From an uncultured Planctomycetota bacterium (GTDB lineage Bacteria > Planctomycetota > Planctomycetia > Isosphaerales > Isosphaeraceae): a DNA stretch of 64,000 nt. The DNA is taken from NCBI GenBank assembly GCA_963823665.1, contig CAWGMQ010000003.1, positions 224,001 through 288,000 of the forward strand, read 5' to 3'. The notes under the pieces are model-generated. The model was not told the origin of the DNA. It made no database searches and saw only the letters and a program-made list of their open reading frames with translations. The translations under genes were made by a program, and so were the position numbers. Below are positions 11,582 to 21,474 of the stretch, piece after piece. Every line of letters starts with the position of its first letter. The stretch's first letter is position 1.

Positions 11582-13066
11582 ATGCGACTGCACCGCCCGC
11601 AGATCTCGCTTAAACACCTGCTCTTCGCCGTCGCCATCTTGGCGATGAACTGCGCGGCTCATCGGTACCTTTTCGAGGAGCTTGGCCGCCATGACGCGGA
11701 CTCTCTCCTCGCGACCTTTCCTGAGGGCTTCGTCGCGGGTGTTATTCCACTCCTCAATTTTGCGGCGATCGGTAGCGCATTCTTCGTGGTCAGGTCGCTC
11801 CGTTCGCGCGGCCGCGCACGCGAAGCGTGTCGACAACAGAAGCCGGCGGGGGCGACTTTCTTCAGCCTCCATTTCTTTGCACTTTCCTGCGTTGCCGCCG
11901 CTTTCATGCCGGACACAATTGCACTCGAGCAACTGGCAGCCATCATCCCCCAGAGTTGGCTCGCGGCCCTTGCTGAATGCGCGCGTTCGATTCCCGACGA
12001 GCTCCTCGTTCCCGTCGTCTTCGGACTGTGTTTCTCGGGGCCACTCTTGATTCTTTCCTGGTTCGGCGGCTTGCTCGCAAGACACAGCGCCGCCACGTTG
12101 TCAGCCCGCCGGTTCAAAGCCTTGGCAGTCACGGTCTCATTGGGCTTCGCGAGCATCGCGCTGGCGATCTGGGTGACACCGCGCCCGTTTGCGGATGACC
12201 AGGATGTCGATCTCGATTTCCGCATCGTCGACAGCGACTCGACGCAGGCGATCTCCGCGGCGTCCCTGCGACTGATCAATCCGTTTGACGCGTCTTCAAC
12301 TCCCCCGAGCGCCCTCTCTGACACCAACGGGTGCGCGCGAATCAAGGCTCGTTTGCCAGGCCACGGCGAGAGAATCGCTTTCATGCACTTCGGCGCTTTC
12401 TCGCCCTGGGGTCGGTGGTTGGAGGTTTGCGCGGCGAATTACCGGACGACTCGACTGCCGCTGCCACAGGTCTTGGGCCGCCACGTCGTCCTTGGAGAAA
12501 CGCATCTTCAGACGGTCGCACTGACCAGAGGCAAGACACCCGAAGATGCGTTCCGAGACATTGCCGGGTGCTACACGAGGGATACAGGTTACGGAGGCAG
12601 CGGCTTCAGGATCGAACCGGACGGGCGGTTCTCATGGAGTGCGTGGGGATGCACGCCTCCATCCCTCCAGGAATATGGAAGTCTCAATCGAACTCAAGAC
12701 TCATTCCAGCTCGAGCCAATTCCCCATCCAGGCGAAGAGACGCATCCGCTGGTGAAAGGGAAATTCCGCAGGATAGAGTGGGGCGAATGCGCCTATTTTA
12801 CATTCGCAGACGACGCCAATCTGACGCGCTTCTGTCGAGCCAGCCTGACGCCCAACCATCCACGGAACTTTGGGCCGCCGATCTATTGTCGCGAGTCCGA
12901 CCTCAAGAAACCGCAAACAAGCCTGCCTCGGCTTCCCACACGTGTATGGGTGAGGTTTTTGTTTCAGGAAGCCAGCCTTCAAAACGAAGACGGTCTCTTG
13001 AGGCTCGGAATCGAGCGGTTCTTGAGGTGTGGAACGCATCCAGGAACACCCCGAACGGATCTTTAA
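11582..13066 (+). CDS. hypothetical multi-pass membrane protein with extracytoplasmic C-terminal domain
   Basis: About 5 hydrophobic segments followed by a soluble domain; N-terminus MRLHRPQISLKHLLFAVA. Confidence 0.65.
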   Translation: MRLHRPQISLKHLLFAVAILAMNCAAHRYLFEELGRHDADSLLATFPEGFVAGVIPLLNFAAIGSAFFVVRSLRSRGRAREACRQQKPAGATFFSLHFFALSCVAAAFMPDTIALEQLAAIIPQSWLAALAECARSIPDELLVPVVFGLCFSGPLLILSWFGGLLARHSAATLSARRFKALAVTVSLGFASIALAIWVTPRPFADDQDVDLDFRIVDSDSTQAISAASLRLINPFDASSTPPSALSDTNGCARIKARLPGHGERIAFMHFGAFSPWGRWLEVCAANYRTTRLPLPQVLGRHVVLGETHLQTVALTRGKTPEDAFRDIAGCYTRDTGYGGSGFRIEPDGRFSWSAWGCTPPSLQEYGSLNRTQDSFQLEPIPHPGEETHPLVKGKFRRIEWGECAYFTFADDANLTRFCRASLTPNHPRNFGPPIYCRESDLKKPQTSLPRLPTRVWVRFLFQEASLQNEDGLLRLGIERFLRCGTHPGTPRTDL

Positions 13067-13262
13067 CCGGGGTCGTCGATTCGCGCCGGCAACGCGCACC
13101 CCGGAACCCCGGACCACGACTTCGACCGCCGGGATCCGCAGCTTTCGTTGCACGGTCGACGTGTCCCACGGGCTCTGACATGATATCCTTAATAGCAATG
13201 GGTGTCGTCTGCATAGACCGGTTTGCACGGTGGCACGATCGCTGAGTGCAAAAGGAACACGT

Positions 13263-13721
13263 ATGTCTTCACACATCTGCGCGAAATGCGGCAAGCTGCT
13301 CACTCTAAGCCAATCAAATGAGCCGTGTCCATATTGTGGAAGCAGGGACAGGATCGTGTTCGATGTGGATGTCGCTGTTGCCGCCGCGAAGGAAGCGGCG
13401 GCAGAGGTGTTGGCGAAGAAACACTACGAGTTGGAGGCCGGTCTGAGTCAAGTCTTTCGGATCACCGCCAGCGCCAAGTCTGAAGTGATCCCGACCGAGC
13501 CTATCAAGTTGCTCGAAGTGAATGAGAACACGGTGGAGTCGGGCGTGATGCCCCTGAGCTTCGGCCCCATGCCCACCAGAGGCATCAATTTCCCGTCGAC
13601 GATCATTGAGGTGACACCAAACGAATTCAAGCGGATTCAATCGAACGAGCTCAGGCTGCCCGAGGGCTGGGAAATCCGTGAGGAACTGCCGAGGCCCGCG
13701 GGTAATCCCGGAGGGGTGTAA
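13263..13721 (+). CDS. hypothetical protein: Zn-ribbon plus possible degenerate MNT-like domain
   Basis: CAKC...CPYC at the N-terminus; EPIKLLEV...IIEVTPNEF; TAATG-coupled to the HEPN-like gene. Confidence 0.7.
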   Translation: MSSHICAKCGKLLTLSQSNEPCPYCGSRDRIVFDVDVAVAAAKEAAAEVLAKKHYELEAGLSQVFRITASAKSEVIPTEPIKLLEVNENTVESGVMPLSFGPMPTRGINFPSTIIEVTPNEFKRIQSNELRLPEGWEIREELPRPAGNPGGV

Positions 13722-14224
13722 TGGCGACCCCCGCGCAATGGACCAAGGGATACGGCAGGCATGCAGACGCCGACTTGAGCACCTTCAATCTGCTTCAACG
13801 TAGCGAAGTCCCCGAGTGCCACAAGCTGCAATTCCTGCAGATGGCTTGTGAAAAGCTCGTAGAGGCCCATCTGTGCAGAGAAGGGAAAGATCCCGCAACG
13901 CTGCAGGGAAGCCACGCGTATGTTTCGAAGCACCTTGCGGTAGTGCTACGCGACCAGGCGGCTTTCGAGAACTATCAGGGAAGCCGAGCACGGGACGTCT
14001 TGCACCGTGCTCGGAAACTCGCTCTCGAGATTGAACTGCTTGCGCCAGCCGTAAAGCGCGGCGGCCGTCGTCCGGACAACTGCGAGTATCCGTGGGAAGA
14101 TGCTTCTGGAACGTTGCACCTCCCTCTCGAACATTCTTTCCATCCATCCCAGCTCATACTTATGCCGGCGGGTCTCACGATTCTTAAGCTCATTCGCGGC
14201 GCGATCAACAGACTGTTGTCTTGA
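13721..14224 (+). CDS. HEPN-like domain protein
   Basis: ADADL..., FLQMACEKLVEAHL (compare QQAxEKxLKA), GSH and NCEYPWE (compare RYP) follow the layout of MNT-associated HEPN proteins. Confidence 0.65.
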   Translation: MATPAQWTKGYGRHADADLSTFNLLQRSEVPECHKLQFLQMACEKLVEAHLCREGKDPATLQGSHAYVSKHLAVVLRDQAAFENYQGSRARDVLHRARKLALEIELLAPAVKRGGRRPDNCEYPWEDASGTLHLPLEHSFHPSQLILMPAGLTILKLIRGAINRLLS

Positions 14225-14256
14225 GGAGTTTTGTCCTCACGCTCAGAGTGCCCGTT

Positions 14257-14346
14257 CGCGCCACGAAGCAAACCGCCGCGAACGTGCTGGCAAGAAAACA
14301 CGTCATATCAGCGGCTGGCCTGAGTCATGCCGTCTTTCGGATCACC
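14257..14346 (+). pseudogene. decayed paralogous fragment of the 13263-13721 gene
   Basis: RATKQTAANVLARKHVISAAGLSHAVFRIT aligns with AAAKEAAAEVLAKKHYELEAGLSQ-VFRIT (13380-13466); both contain the exact 15-mer gtctttcggatcacc. Confidence 0.75.
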
Positions 14347-14349
14347 AGT

Positions 14350-14949
14350 TCACCGTTCAATATGACCACGATGCCCGGGGTGAACGGTGCGCTGGTGATG
14401 GGGACTGCTGTGATGACCGCCCAGCGCCAACATCTTGATTGGAGGGACCGCCGGGGCCGGGGCCGGGACCGGCGAGTCCGTCGCGAGCGAGACCGTCTTG
14501 GAGTTGGTTGGCGTTGCGGGCGAGCTCAGGTTCCCCTGGTTCGAGCTGAATGGGTTCATCGAGGTCGACGGCTGGACAGTCGGGAATCTCGACATGAGTG
14601 CGATCTGTGCCGAGCTCGTCGACGCCAGGGCACTTATGCTCGGTCTCGAGGAGGCCGACGTTGAAGTGGGAGTCGCAACGGTACTCGGTGCGCTCACCAC
14701 GCTCGTTGGTGAATTCGAGGCGGCGGGTGGCGGGTTCATCATGACCGGTGGCGGGTTCATCATGACCGGTGTCGGGTTCATCATGGCCGGTGTCGGGTTC
14801 ATGATGACCGGCATCGGGTTCATGATGACCGGCATCGGGTTCGTCATGGGTTCCATGGCAGGCATTCCCGACGCCATGGACAGCAGCGCCCTTCCCTCAA
14901 GCGTCTCGACCGAGATCGACGCCTTCCGGCGAAACTTTCGCGATATCAT
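14350..14949 (-). CDS. secreted low-complexity Met/Pro/Ser/Thr-rich protein
   Basis: RRKASISVETLEGRALLS planctomycete export motif, MNPxPx heptads and a His-rich tail. Start uncertain (14949-14991). Confidence 0.75.
   Translation of the reverse strand: MISRKFRRKASISVETLEGRALLSMASGMPAMEPMTNPMPVIMNPMPVIMNPTPAMMNPTPVMMNPPPVMMNPPPAASNSPTSVVSAPSTVATPTSTSASSRPSISALASTSSAQIALMSRFPTVQPSTSMNPFSSNQGNLSSPATPTNSKTVSLATDSPVPAPAPAVPPIKMLALGGHHSSPHHQRTVHPGHRGHIER
14731..14850. repeat. 21-bp coding tandem repeat, about 5.7 copies
   Basis: cgggttcat(c/g)atg(a/g)ccgg-type units at 14731, 14752, 14773, 14794, 14815 and a partial unit at 14836. Confidence 0.95.
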
Positions 14950-15135
14950 CGTTCGCCGGTCTTGCTCCTGATGCGATCTCATGGTTTTCATCCTTCGTGA
15001 AAAGTTCAAAAGCACGAGAGAACCCATATAATAAGAGAGTCAGGCGCCAGTACCGCGGACACAAATCAATTTGGCACTTCTGCCAGCGCTGACGTCCCCA
15101 GCACACCGGGGGTCCGCGACCGGAGGCCCACACCT

Positions 15136-15744
15136 ATGACGATCGCAGCCGTGATCCTCTGCGGCGGTGAAAGCCGCCGGATGGGCCGGCCCAAGGCCTG
15201 GCTGCCCTTCGGCCCGGAGGTGATGCTCCAGCGCGTCGTGCGGCTGGTCGGCGCTGTGGCCGCCCCCATCGTCGTCGTCGCGGCGCCGGGGCAGGATCTC
15301 CCCACGCTCCCGGCCGAAGTCTCGATCGTCCGCGATGAAATCTCCGGCCGTGGTCCTCTGCAGGGACTCGCGGCCGGCTTTGGTGCACTCGGTGAGGAAG
15401 TCGATCTCGCTTACGCAACGAGCACCGACGTACCCTTCCTCGAACCGCGCTGGATCACACGACTGGCCGAGCTGATCGACGATGCCGATCTGGCCATTCC
15501 GTCGATCGGCGGTTATTTCCATCCCCTGGCCGCGCTTTATCGGCGAAAGGCCGTCCTTCCCGCAATCGTTGAGCTGCTCAGCCACGATCGTCTGAGGCCG
15601 TTCTTCCTCGTCGAGGCGGTTCGGACGCGAGTTGTCCTCGAGCACGAAGTGAACACGGTCGACCCGCAGCTTGGTACACTGCGCAATCTGAACCAGCCAG
15701 AGGATTACGAGCAGGCGCTCCGGGACGCCGGTTTGGGTGCGTGA
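15136..15744 (+). CDS. mobA: molybdenum cofactor guanylyltransferase
   Basis: ILCGGESRRMGRPKA, GRGPLQGL, DVPFL, HPLAALY, NLNQPEDY. Confidence 0.93.
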   Translation: MTIAAVILCGGESRRMGRPKAWLPFGPEVMLQRVVRLVGAVAAPIVVVAAPGQDLPTLPAEVSIVRDEISGRGPLQGLAAGFGALGEEVDLAYATSTDVPFLEPRWITRLAELIDDADLAIPSIGGYFHPLAALYRRKAVLPAIVELLSHDRLRPFFLVEAVRTRVVLEHEVNTVDPQLGTLRNLNQPEDYEQALRDAGLGA

Positions 15745-17666
15745 GCGCGCGGCGGGTTGATGTCGAAGGCTGGCCGGTGAAAGCTATGGACCTCGATACC
15801 GCTTATCGGCGCGCGACTCAAGCCTCGGGAGCATTCGTCGCGCTCGCCGGTGTGGCAGCCCTTGCGGGCTGGATGACGGGCGAGCCCGTCCTCCTCGGTC
15901 TTCGCCCGAATTACATACCGATGGCCCCCAACACCGCGCTGGCGTTCATCGTCCTGGGTGTCGCTCTGATCGTCTTGCGCAGCGGATGGCGAGGCGGTCG
16001 CGTGATTGCCGGCTCCGGTGCCGGTCTGGTCGGCTTCGTTGGTCTCCTGAGGTTGTGCGAGTACGCCGCAGGTCGCGAATTTGCTGTGGACGAATGGTTC
16101 TTCCATTTTCACCGCGAACAGCTTGGGCTCGCTCCCATCGGCAAGATGTCGCTCCCGACGGCGATCGCGTTTGTCGCGGCCTCTAGCGCGGTGGTGGCGC
16201 TCGTTTGGCCCCATCGATGGAAATCGGCCCATCACGCGCACGCGGCGGGGGTGGGTGGTCTGATCACCGGGACGACGGGTCTGGTCTTCAGCCTCGGTTA
16301 CCTGTTCAGCCCGAACGCGCCGCTGCTCTACGGCACCGAGTCGATACCGATGGCACTCAACACGGCGTTATGTTTCCTCTGTCTGGGAGTTGGCCTTACC
16401 TCCGCCGCCGGGCCCGAAGCGTTTCCGCTGGTAAGGCTCTCCGGTCCGTCGATCGGCGCTCGCTTGTTGCGGATCTTCCTCCCGCTCGTCGTGGGAACAG
16501 TCGGGGTCGTCGCGTGGTTGACTCATTTCCTCACGACGACCGCCGGGTCGTCTTCCGCCGCGGTCTCCTCGGCGGCGCTGGCGGTTGCCGCGATCCTGTT
16601 GTTCGGCATGATCTGTGCGCGGATTGCCGGCCACGTCGGCGGCCAGATTGAACATGCGGAAGCCGAGCTGCAGCGGGCCAACGACCTCCTTGAATTCAAA
16701 GTCGTCGAGCGAACGCGCGAGCTGAGCCGATCGAATGCTGAAACGGCCGCGGCACTCCACGAACTTCAGCTTGCACACGCGTCTCTTCAGCACGCTCACC
16801 TCGAGCTGCGGCAAGCACAGTCTCGCATGATCCAGCAGGCGAGAATGGCCAGCCTGGGCCAGACCGCAGCCGGCGTCGCGCACGAGATCAACAATCCGCT
16901 CTCCTTCGTCACCAATAATCTCAGTTTGCTGAAGCGCGAATTCACCGGTCTCCACGATGTTGTGCTTCTCTACCAGCAAGCCGAGCAAACCCTGGCTCAA
17001 TTCCGGCAAGACCTGCATTCAAAGATATCCGAGCTTGCCGATGAGCTGGACCTGCCCTACGTGCTCGAGAATCTCGACGGGCTGTTCGAACGCTCCCAGC
17101 GCGGGCTGCTGCGAATCCAGAAAATCGTCGCTGACCTGCGTGACTTCGCGCACCTCGAAGAGGCAGAGTTCAAGGAAGCCGACCTGAATGCCGGAATCAG
17201 CACCACGGTCCGCCTGATGCAGACCTTAGCCGGTGCCCGTCAGGTATCGCTCGAGACCTGCCTGGCCCCGATCCCCGTGACGAATTGTTTCCCGGCGAAA
17301 ATTAACCTGGTGGTTCAAAGCTTGATCTCCAACGCGATCGATGCCTGCGGGGAAGGTGGCCGCGTCGTCGTCGAGACAGATACAGTCGATGCAGCAATCG
17401 CGATCCGTGTTTCGGACAACGGCCACGGCATCGCCCCGGGAATTCGTGAACGAATCTTCGATCCCTTCTTCACGACCAAGCCCATCGGCAAAGGAACGGG
17501 GCTGGGCCTCTCGATCAGCTACGGCATTGTCAAGGACCACGGCGGGTCGATCGATTTCGAGTCGCAGCCTGGTGAAGGCACGCGGTTCACGGTTTTGATA
17601 CCCATTGCGCCCTCAGGCACAACCGTACAACTCATGGGAAGTGCCGGCGACACGCACAAACCGTAA
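15741..17666 (+). CDS. membrane-bound sensor histidine kinase (NtrB-like)
   Basis: Multiple TM segments; [12 protein letters not shown]-box, [25 protein letters not shown]. Confidence 0.95.
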   Translation: MSARRVDVEGWPVKAMDLDTAYRRATQASGAFVALAGVAALAGWMTGEPVLLGLRPNYIPMAPNTALAFIVLGVALIVLRSGWRGGRVIAGSGAGLVGFVGLLRLCEYAAGREFAVDEWFFHFHREQLGLAPIGKMSLPTAIAFVAASSAVVALVWPHRWKSAHHAHAAGVGGLITGTTGLVFSLGYLFSPNAPLLYGTESIPMALNTALCFLCLGVGLTSAAGPEAFPLVRLSGPSIGARLLRIFLPLVVGTVGVVAWLTHFLTTTAGSSSAAVSSAALAVAAILLFGMICARIAGHVGGQIEHAEAELQRANDLLEFKVVERTRELSRSNAETAAALHELQLAHASLQHAHLELRQAQSRMIQQARMASLGQTAAGVAHEINNPLSFVTNNLSLLKREFTGLHDVVLLYQQAEQTLAQFRQDLHSKISELADELDLPYVLENLDGLFERSQRGLLRIQKIVADLRDFAHLEEAEFKEADLNAGISTTVRLMQTLAGARQVSLETCLAPIPVTNCFPAKINLVVQSLISNAIDACGEGGRVVVETDTVDAAIAIRVSDNGHGIAPGIRERIFDPFFTTKPIGKGTGLGLSISYGIVKDHGGSIDFESQPGEGTRFTVLIPIAPSGTTVQLMGSAGDTHKP

Positions 17667-17752
17667 GCGCCGGGAGGCTGTGCGACCAAGCACCCGTCTG
17701 AGTACCCTGAAGGCAAGATGATCCCCTGGCACTTCGAGGAACTGCCCCGGCC

Positions 17753-18277
17753 ATGCGTCTGCCACGCGTTCGGTTCAAACTCGGTCAGGTGATGGTCGCG
17801 CTCGTCTTCGTGAGCCTTGGGCTCGCGATCTTTGCCCGGCATCAACGACTCAAGACTTTGCTGGTCAACCAGGAGATCACTCTGAAGGTCGCCGAGGCTA
17901 ACTTTCTGAATGCCTCGCTCGCGCGCGGGAAAGCCGAGTACGACTTCATCGCGTACCTCAAGACTGATGAAGCGCGGTTGGAGACCGAGCTGAACGCGCT
18001 TTCCAAAGACGGTGACCGCGTAGACCAAAGGCTCGGCGCTCTCAAGAGCGACGTTTTGAAAGCGCGAGCGGAACAACTAGCAAAACGGGCGCTCTGGGAA
18101 CACGAGCGCATGACCCTGAACAGGCTAAGGTGGGAACTGGCGAACTCCTGGCGCCTGTGGCGGAGCACAGGTGGTGCTCGTTCTGTGTCGTCCGAATCGA
18201 ATTGGAACCTGTCCGACACGGAAAAAGCCGAGCTCGACCAGCAATTACGGCATTTTGGGAACGCCGTGCGAAACTGA
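17753..18277 (+). CDS. hypothetical membrane-anchored coiled-coil protein
   Basis: MRLPRVRFKLGQVMVALV single TM followed by a helical region. Confidence 0.65.
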   Translation: MRLPRVRFKLGQVMVALVFVSLGLAIFARHQRLKTLLVNQEITLKVAEANFLNASLARGKAEYDFIAYLKTDEARLETELNALSKDGDRVDQRLGALKSDVLKARAEQLAKRALWEHERMTLNRLRWELANSWRLWRSTGGARSVSSESNWNLSDTEKAELDQQLRHFGNAVRN

Positions 18278-18409
18278 TGGGCATTCCGTTTTCCTCCCAA
18301 TCGCTCGCTTGGTTTCAGATAATCCGAGATCCCACCAAAAAAATTCGTGAGCCGACCCCGGCTTTTAGGCATTACAGTGAGGTAACACAGATGGGAGGAG
18401 CCAGAAATC

Positions 18410-19916
18410 GTGAATCGGTACGCCCGTGTCACGCGAGACTTCAACCAGTTGTTCCGCCTCGGCGCTGCCGGCGGAGCAACCGATTGCCAACTGATTGAGC
18501 AGTTCGCCCGGCAAGAGGAGGGCGCCGACGCGGCGTTCGAGGTGCTCGTCGAGCGGCACGGGCCGATGGTGTTGCGAGTCTGCCGTGGTGTGCTCCGCGA
18601 CGAGCATGACGCCGAGGACGCGTTCCAGACGACCTTCCTGGTGCTCGCCCGCAAAGCTCGAACCCTCTGGGTCAAAGACTCCTTGGCGAGCTGGCTTTAC
18701 GGTGTCGCATACCGAGTCGCCTCGAAGGCGCGAATTGATGTCATGCGACGAAGACAACACGAACGCAGGGCGACCGTGGCCAAAGGCCCGGACCTGGAAG
18801 CCGGCCCGATCGTCCCCTGGTCCGATGACCAGGCGATCGTCTCCGACGAGATCTCCCGGCTGCCGGAGAAGTACCGTGCGCCCACCGTCCTTTGTTACCT
18901 GGAAGCGATGTCATACGAAGCGGCGGCCAGCCGGCTCGGACTGACTGAGGACGCCGTGAGAGGCCGATTGGCTCGCGCCCGGCAGAGGCTGCGATCGCGG
19001 CTGAGAGGCCGGGGCGTCGAGCTATCGGCGATGCTTCTGGCCTCTCGAGGAGCGATTCCTGTAACAACGTATGTGCGGCCCGGATTGTTGCATTCGACGA
19101 TCGAGGCCGCGATGAACTTCTCGGCGCGAAGGTCGGTGGAAACGCTCTTGAGCTACGAGGCGGCTGTTTCAATCGGCGAAAGGATCGGCACGACCATGAT
19201 ACGAACCAAGCTGAGAACCGCTCTGCTCGCAACCCTGACCCTCGGCGCGATCGCCGCCGGCGCGGGCGTTCTGGCCCAACCGACAGGTGGCCGGCGAGAT
19301 CAGCCGGAGCAACCCGTCGGCACACGGAATCCCGCCGCGCGGCTCACCGGCTCGACGGGCGGTAACCTGAGCGTGGACTGGACGCCCTGGGGCGGCAAAT
19401 CGCAAGAGGATCGAGATCACGGTCGATGCGACTCGTCATTGCGTTCATCTTTCAGAGACGAGCTTGAAGAGCGATGCCCGCCCCAACGACGGAGCTGTCC
19501 GTCTCGATCTCGCACGGGGAAGGACTTATACCGTTGCCGCAACCGGTGAAGCGTTCATGACCGACGCCACCGGCCCGGATGCCGACCCGTATCCAGGGGT
19601 CGTGCTCATCTACGGTGTCGACGCAGAGGATGGTTATGCCATCCGCCAGACCGTCCTGGCCGCAGGAAAGTCGATCACGTTCAAGACCCCGTGGGCCATC
19701 AGCCCCGCCGACGAAGTGTCCCTGCTGGCCTTCTTCCTGGATGTCTGGCCCGACGGGATCAAACGCGGCAGCTACAAGCTCACCGTCACCGAAATCGCGC
19801 AGAACGCCACGAAATTCCTCAGAGAGGGAGTGGATTTGACTGATCCCTCGGCGGCCGGTGGTCCAATGCGCGAAGGCCGTTCACTGGGGCCGGGGGCCGG
19901 AGGTGGAATGCGATGA
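18410..19916 (+). CDS. ECF sigma factor with TM and extracytoplasmic C-terminal extension (frameshift near 19400)
   Basis: AFEVLVERHGPMVLRVC, DAEDAFQTTFLVL, LPEKYRAPTVLCYLE, VRGRLARAR; TM LLATLTLGAIAAGAGVLA; continues in ORF 19464-19916. Confidence 0.88.
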
Positions 19917-19966
19917 CCCGCGAGCAAAACGCCGAGATGAACCACGTGCTATTCCTGCCCCACGCC

Positions 19967-21199
19967 TCAACTCTCGCATGAAGGCGGCCCCTGGATGACG
20001 GGCTCGGCCGCGGCGAGAATCTCCAATCGATTTCCCGACAAAGGCGGATAGATGCGCTGGCGGTTGATCGTCTGCTTCGTCCGCTTGGCGACCTCACCTG
20101 TTGCGACGACACGCCGGTCCCAGCCCTCCGTGTAAACGGCCCCCCACGGGCCCAGGTCGAGTACGGTCACGTACCAGTCGATGCGCAGCGGCAGCATCGG
20201 CAGGCCAAAAAGATCGGCGACGACGTTATGCCCGGCGAATCGGCCCATCGGCCGCGCGTGTTGACACGACATGACCGACGCATGCTGGTCGTCCATCGTT
20301 GCCGACGCGACATCCCCTGCGGCGAAAACGTTGGTGATTCCCTTCGCCCGCATGAATTCATCGACGGGAATTCGCCCGAAACGGTCGTACTCCGAAGCGA
20401 AGAACCGCGTGAGCGGGTTTGCCCGCATGCCCGCGCACCAGACCACGGTTTCGGCCGGAATCGCCTCGCCGGTCGCGAGTGTCACGCCATGCGGGCTCAC
20501 CGCGACAACCTCGATCCCCAATCGCAGCTCGACGCCGAGTGACTTCAAAGCCTCTAGAATGACCGGCCGGGCGCTTTCTCCCATATCCGAGCCGACTTGA
20601 GGCTGATGGTCGGCGAGTATGACGCGGATCGGGCCGGCCTGACCGGCCAGTTGAAGGGCAGTCCGCAGCTTCCCGGACATTTCCGCGGCGGTCTCGATGC
20701 CGGTCAAGCCCGCACCGACCACGATCACCGTCAGCCGCCCAGGCGAGTCTTGCCGGCCGGGCAACGACCGAATGTGTGCGTTGAGCCGCTCCGCGGCGTT
20801 GTAGGTATCCACGTCAAAGGCGTATTCCGCGAGGCCGTCAACCTTCGGCCGTGCGACCTGACTCCCGAGCGCGAAGACCAGCCGATCGTAGCGAAGCGTT
20901 TGCCGCCCCGTCGCCGTCGTCACACTCAACTCCCGCGCAGCCACGTCAATCTCCGCGACTTCGCCTTCCACCCGACTGACGCGAATCGGACCCAGAACGC
21001 TGTCGAGCGGCACGCGAACCGAATCCAGGTCTGCCTCATAATTCCGAACGCGGATGCAGTGGAATGCATCTCGATTCACGACCGTCACCTCGACCGCGTC
21101 AGGCCCAACCCCCAGCTCATCAAGCTTGCGCGCCGCTCCGACGGCACTCCACAATCCGGAAAACCCGCCACCGAGGACGATGATTTGCTTGGCACCCAT
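19967..21199 (-). CDS. NDH-2-like NAD(P)/FAD-dependent oxidoreductase
   Basis: IIVLGGGFSG, YDRLVFALGS, VVGAGLTGIE, VWCAG, VFAAGD. Confidence 0.9.
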   Translation of the reverse strand: MGAKQIIVLGGGFSGLWSAVGAARKLDELGVGPDAVEVTVVNRDAFHCIRVRNYEADLDSVRVPLDSVLGPIRVSRVEGEVAEIDVAARELSVTTATGRQTLRYDRLVFALGSQVARPKVDGLAEYAFDVDTYNAAERLNAHIRSLPGRQDSPGRLTVIVVGAGLTGIETAAEMSGKLRTALQLAGQAGPIRVILADHQPQVGSDMGESARPVILEALKSLGVELRLGIEVVAVSPHGVTLATGEAIPAETVVWCAGMRANPLTRFFASEYDRFGRIPVDEFMRAKGITNVFAAGDVASATMDDQHASVMSCQHARPMGRFAGHNVVADLFGLPMLPLRIDWYVTVLDLGPWGAVYTEGWDRRVVATGEVAKRTKQTINRQRIYPPLSGNRLEILAAAEPVIQGPPSCES

Positions 21200-21474
21200 G
21201 ATTCGTTGCATTCCGGAAACGCGACCTCCAAACTGACAATCATGGACTCCGAGATTATCAGCGATGTCACCGTTATTGAAACGATTGCGATTGAAAAAGC
21301 TATCCGCGAGCTCGCGCGGCTCCGGAAAAACTGCCCGGCCGGTGGCCGAAACTGAAAGGTGTTGGAACAATAAGGCTGTCGAACGGTAGCATAAGGCGCG
21401 CGGAATTGCACTGGTACGAAGCGCATGGAATCGGGCACTCTGATCGGATCGTATCTTAACCCATCCCGCGAGAC

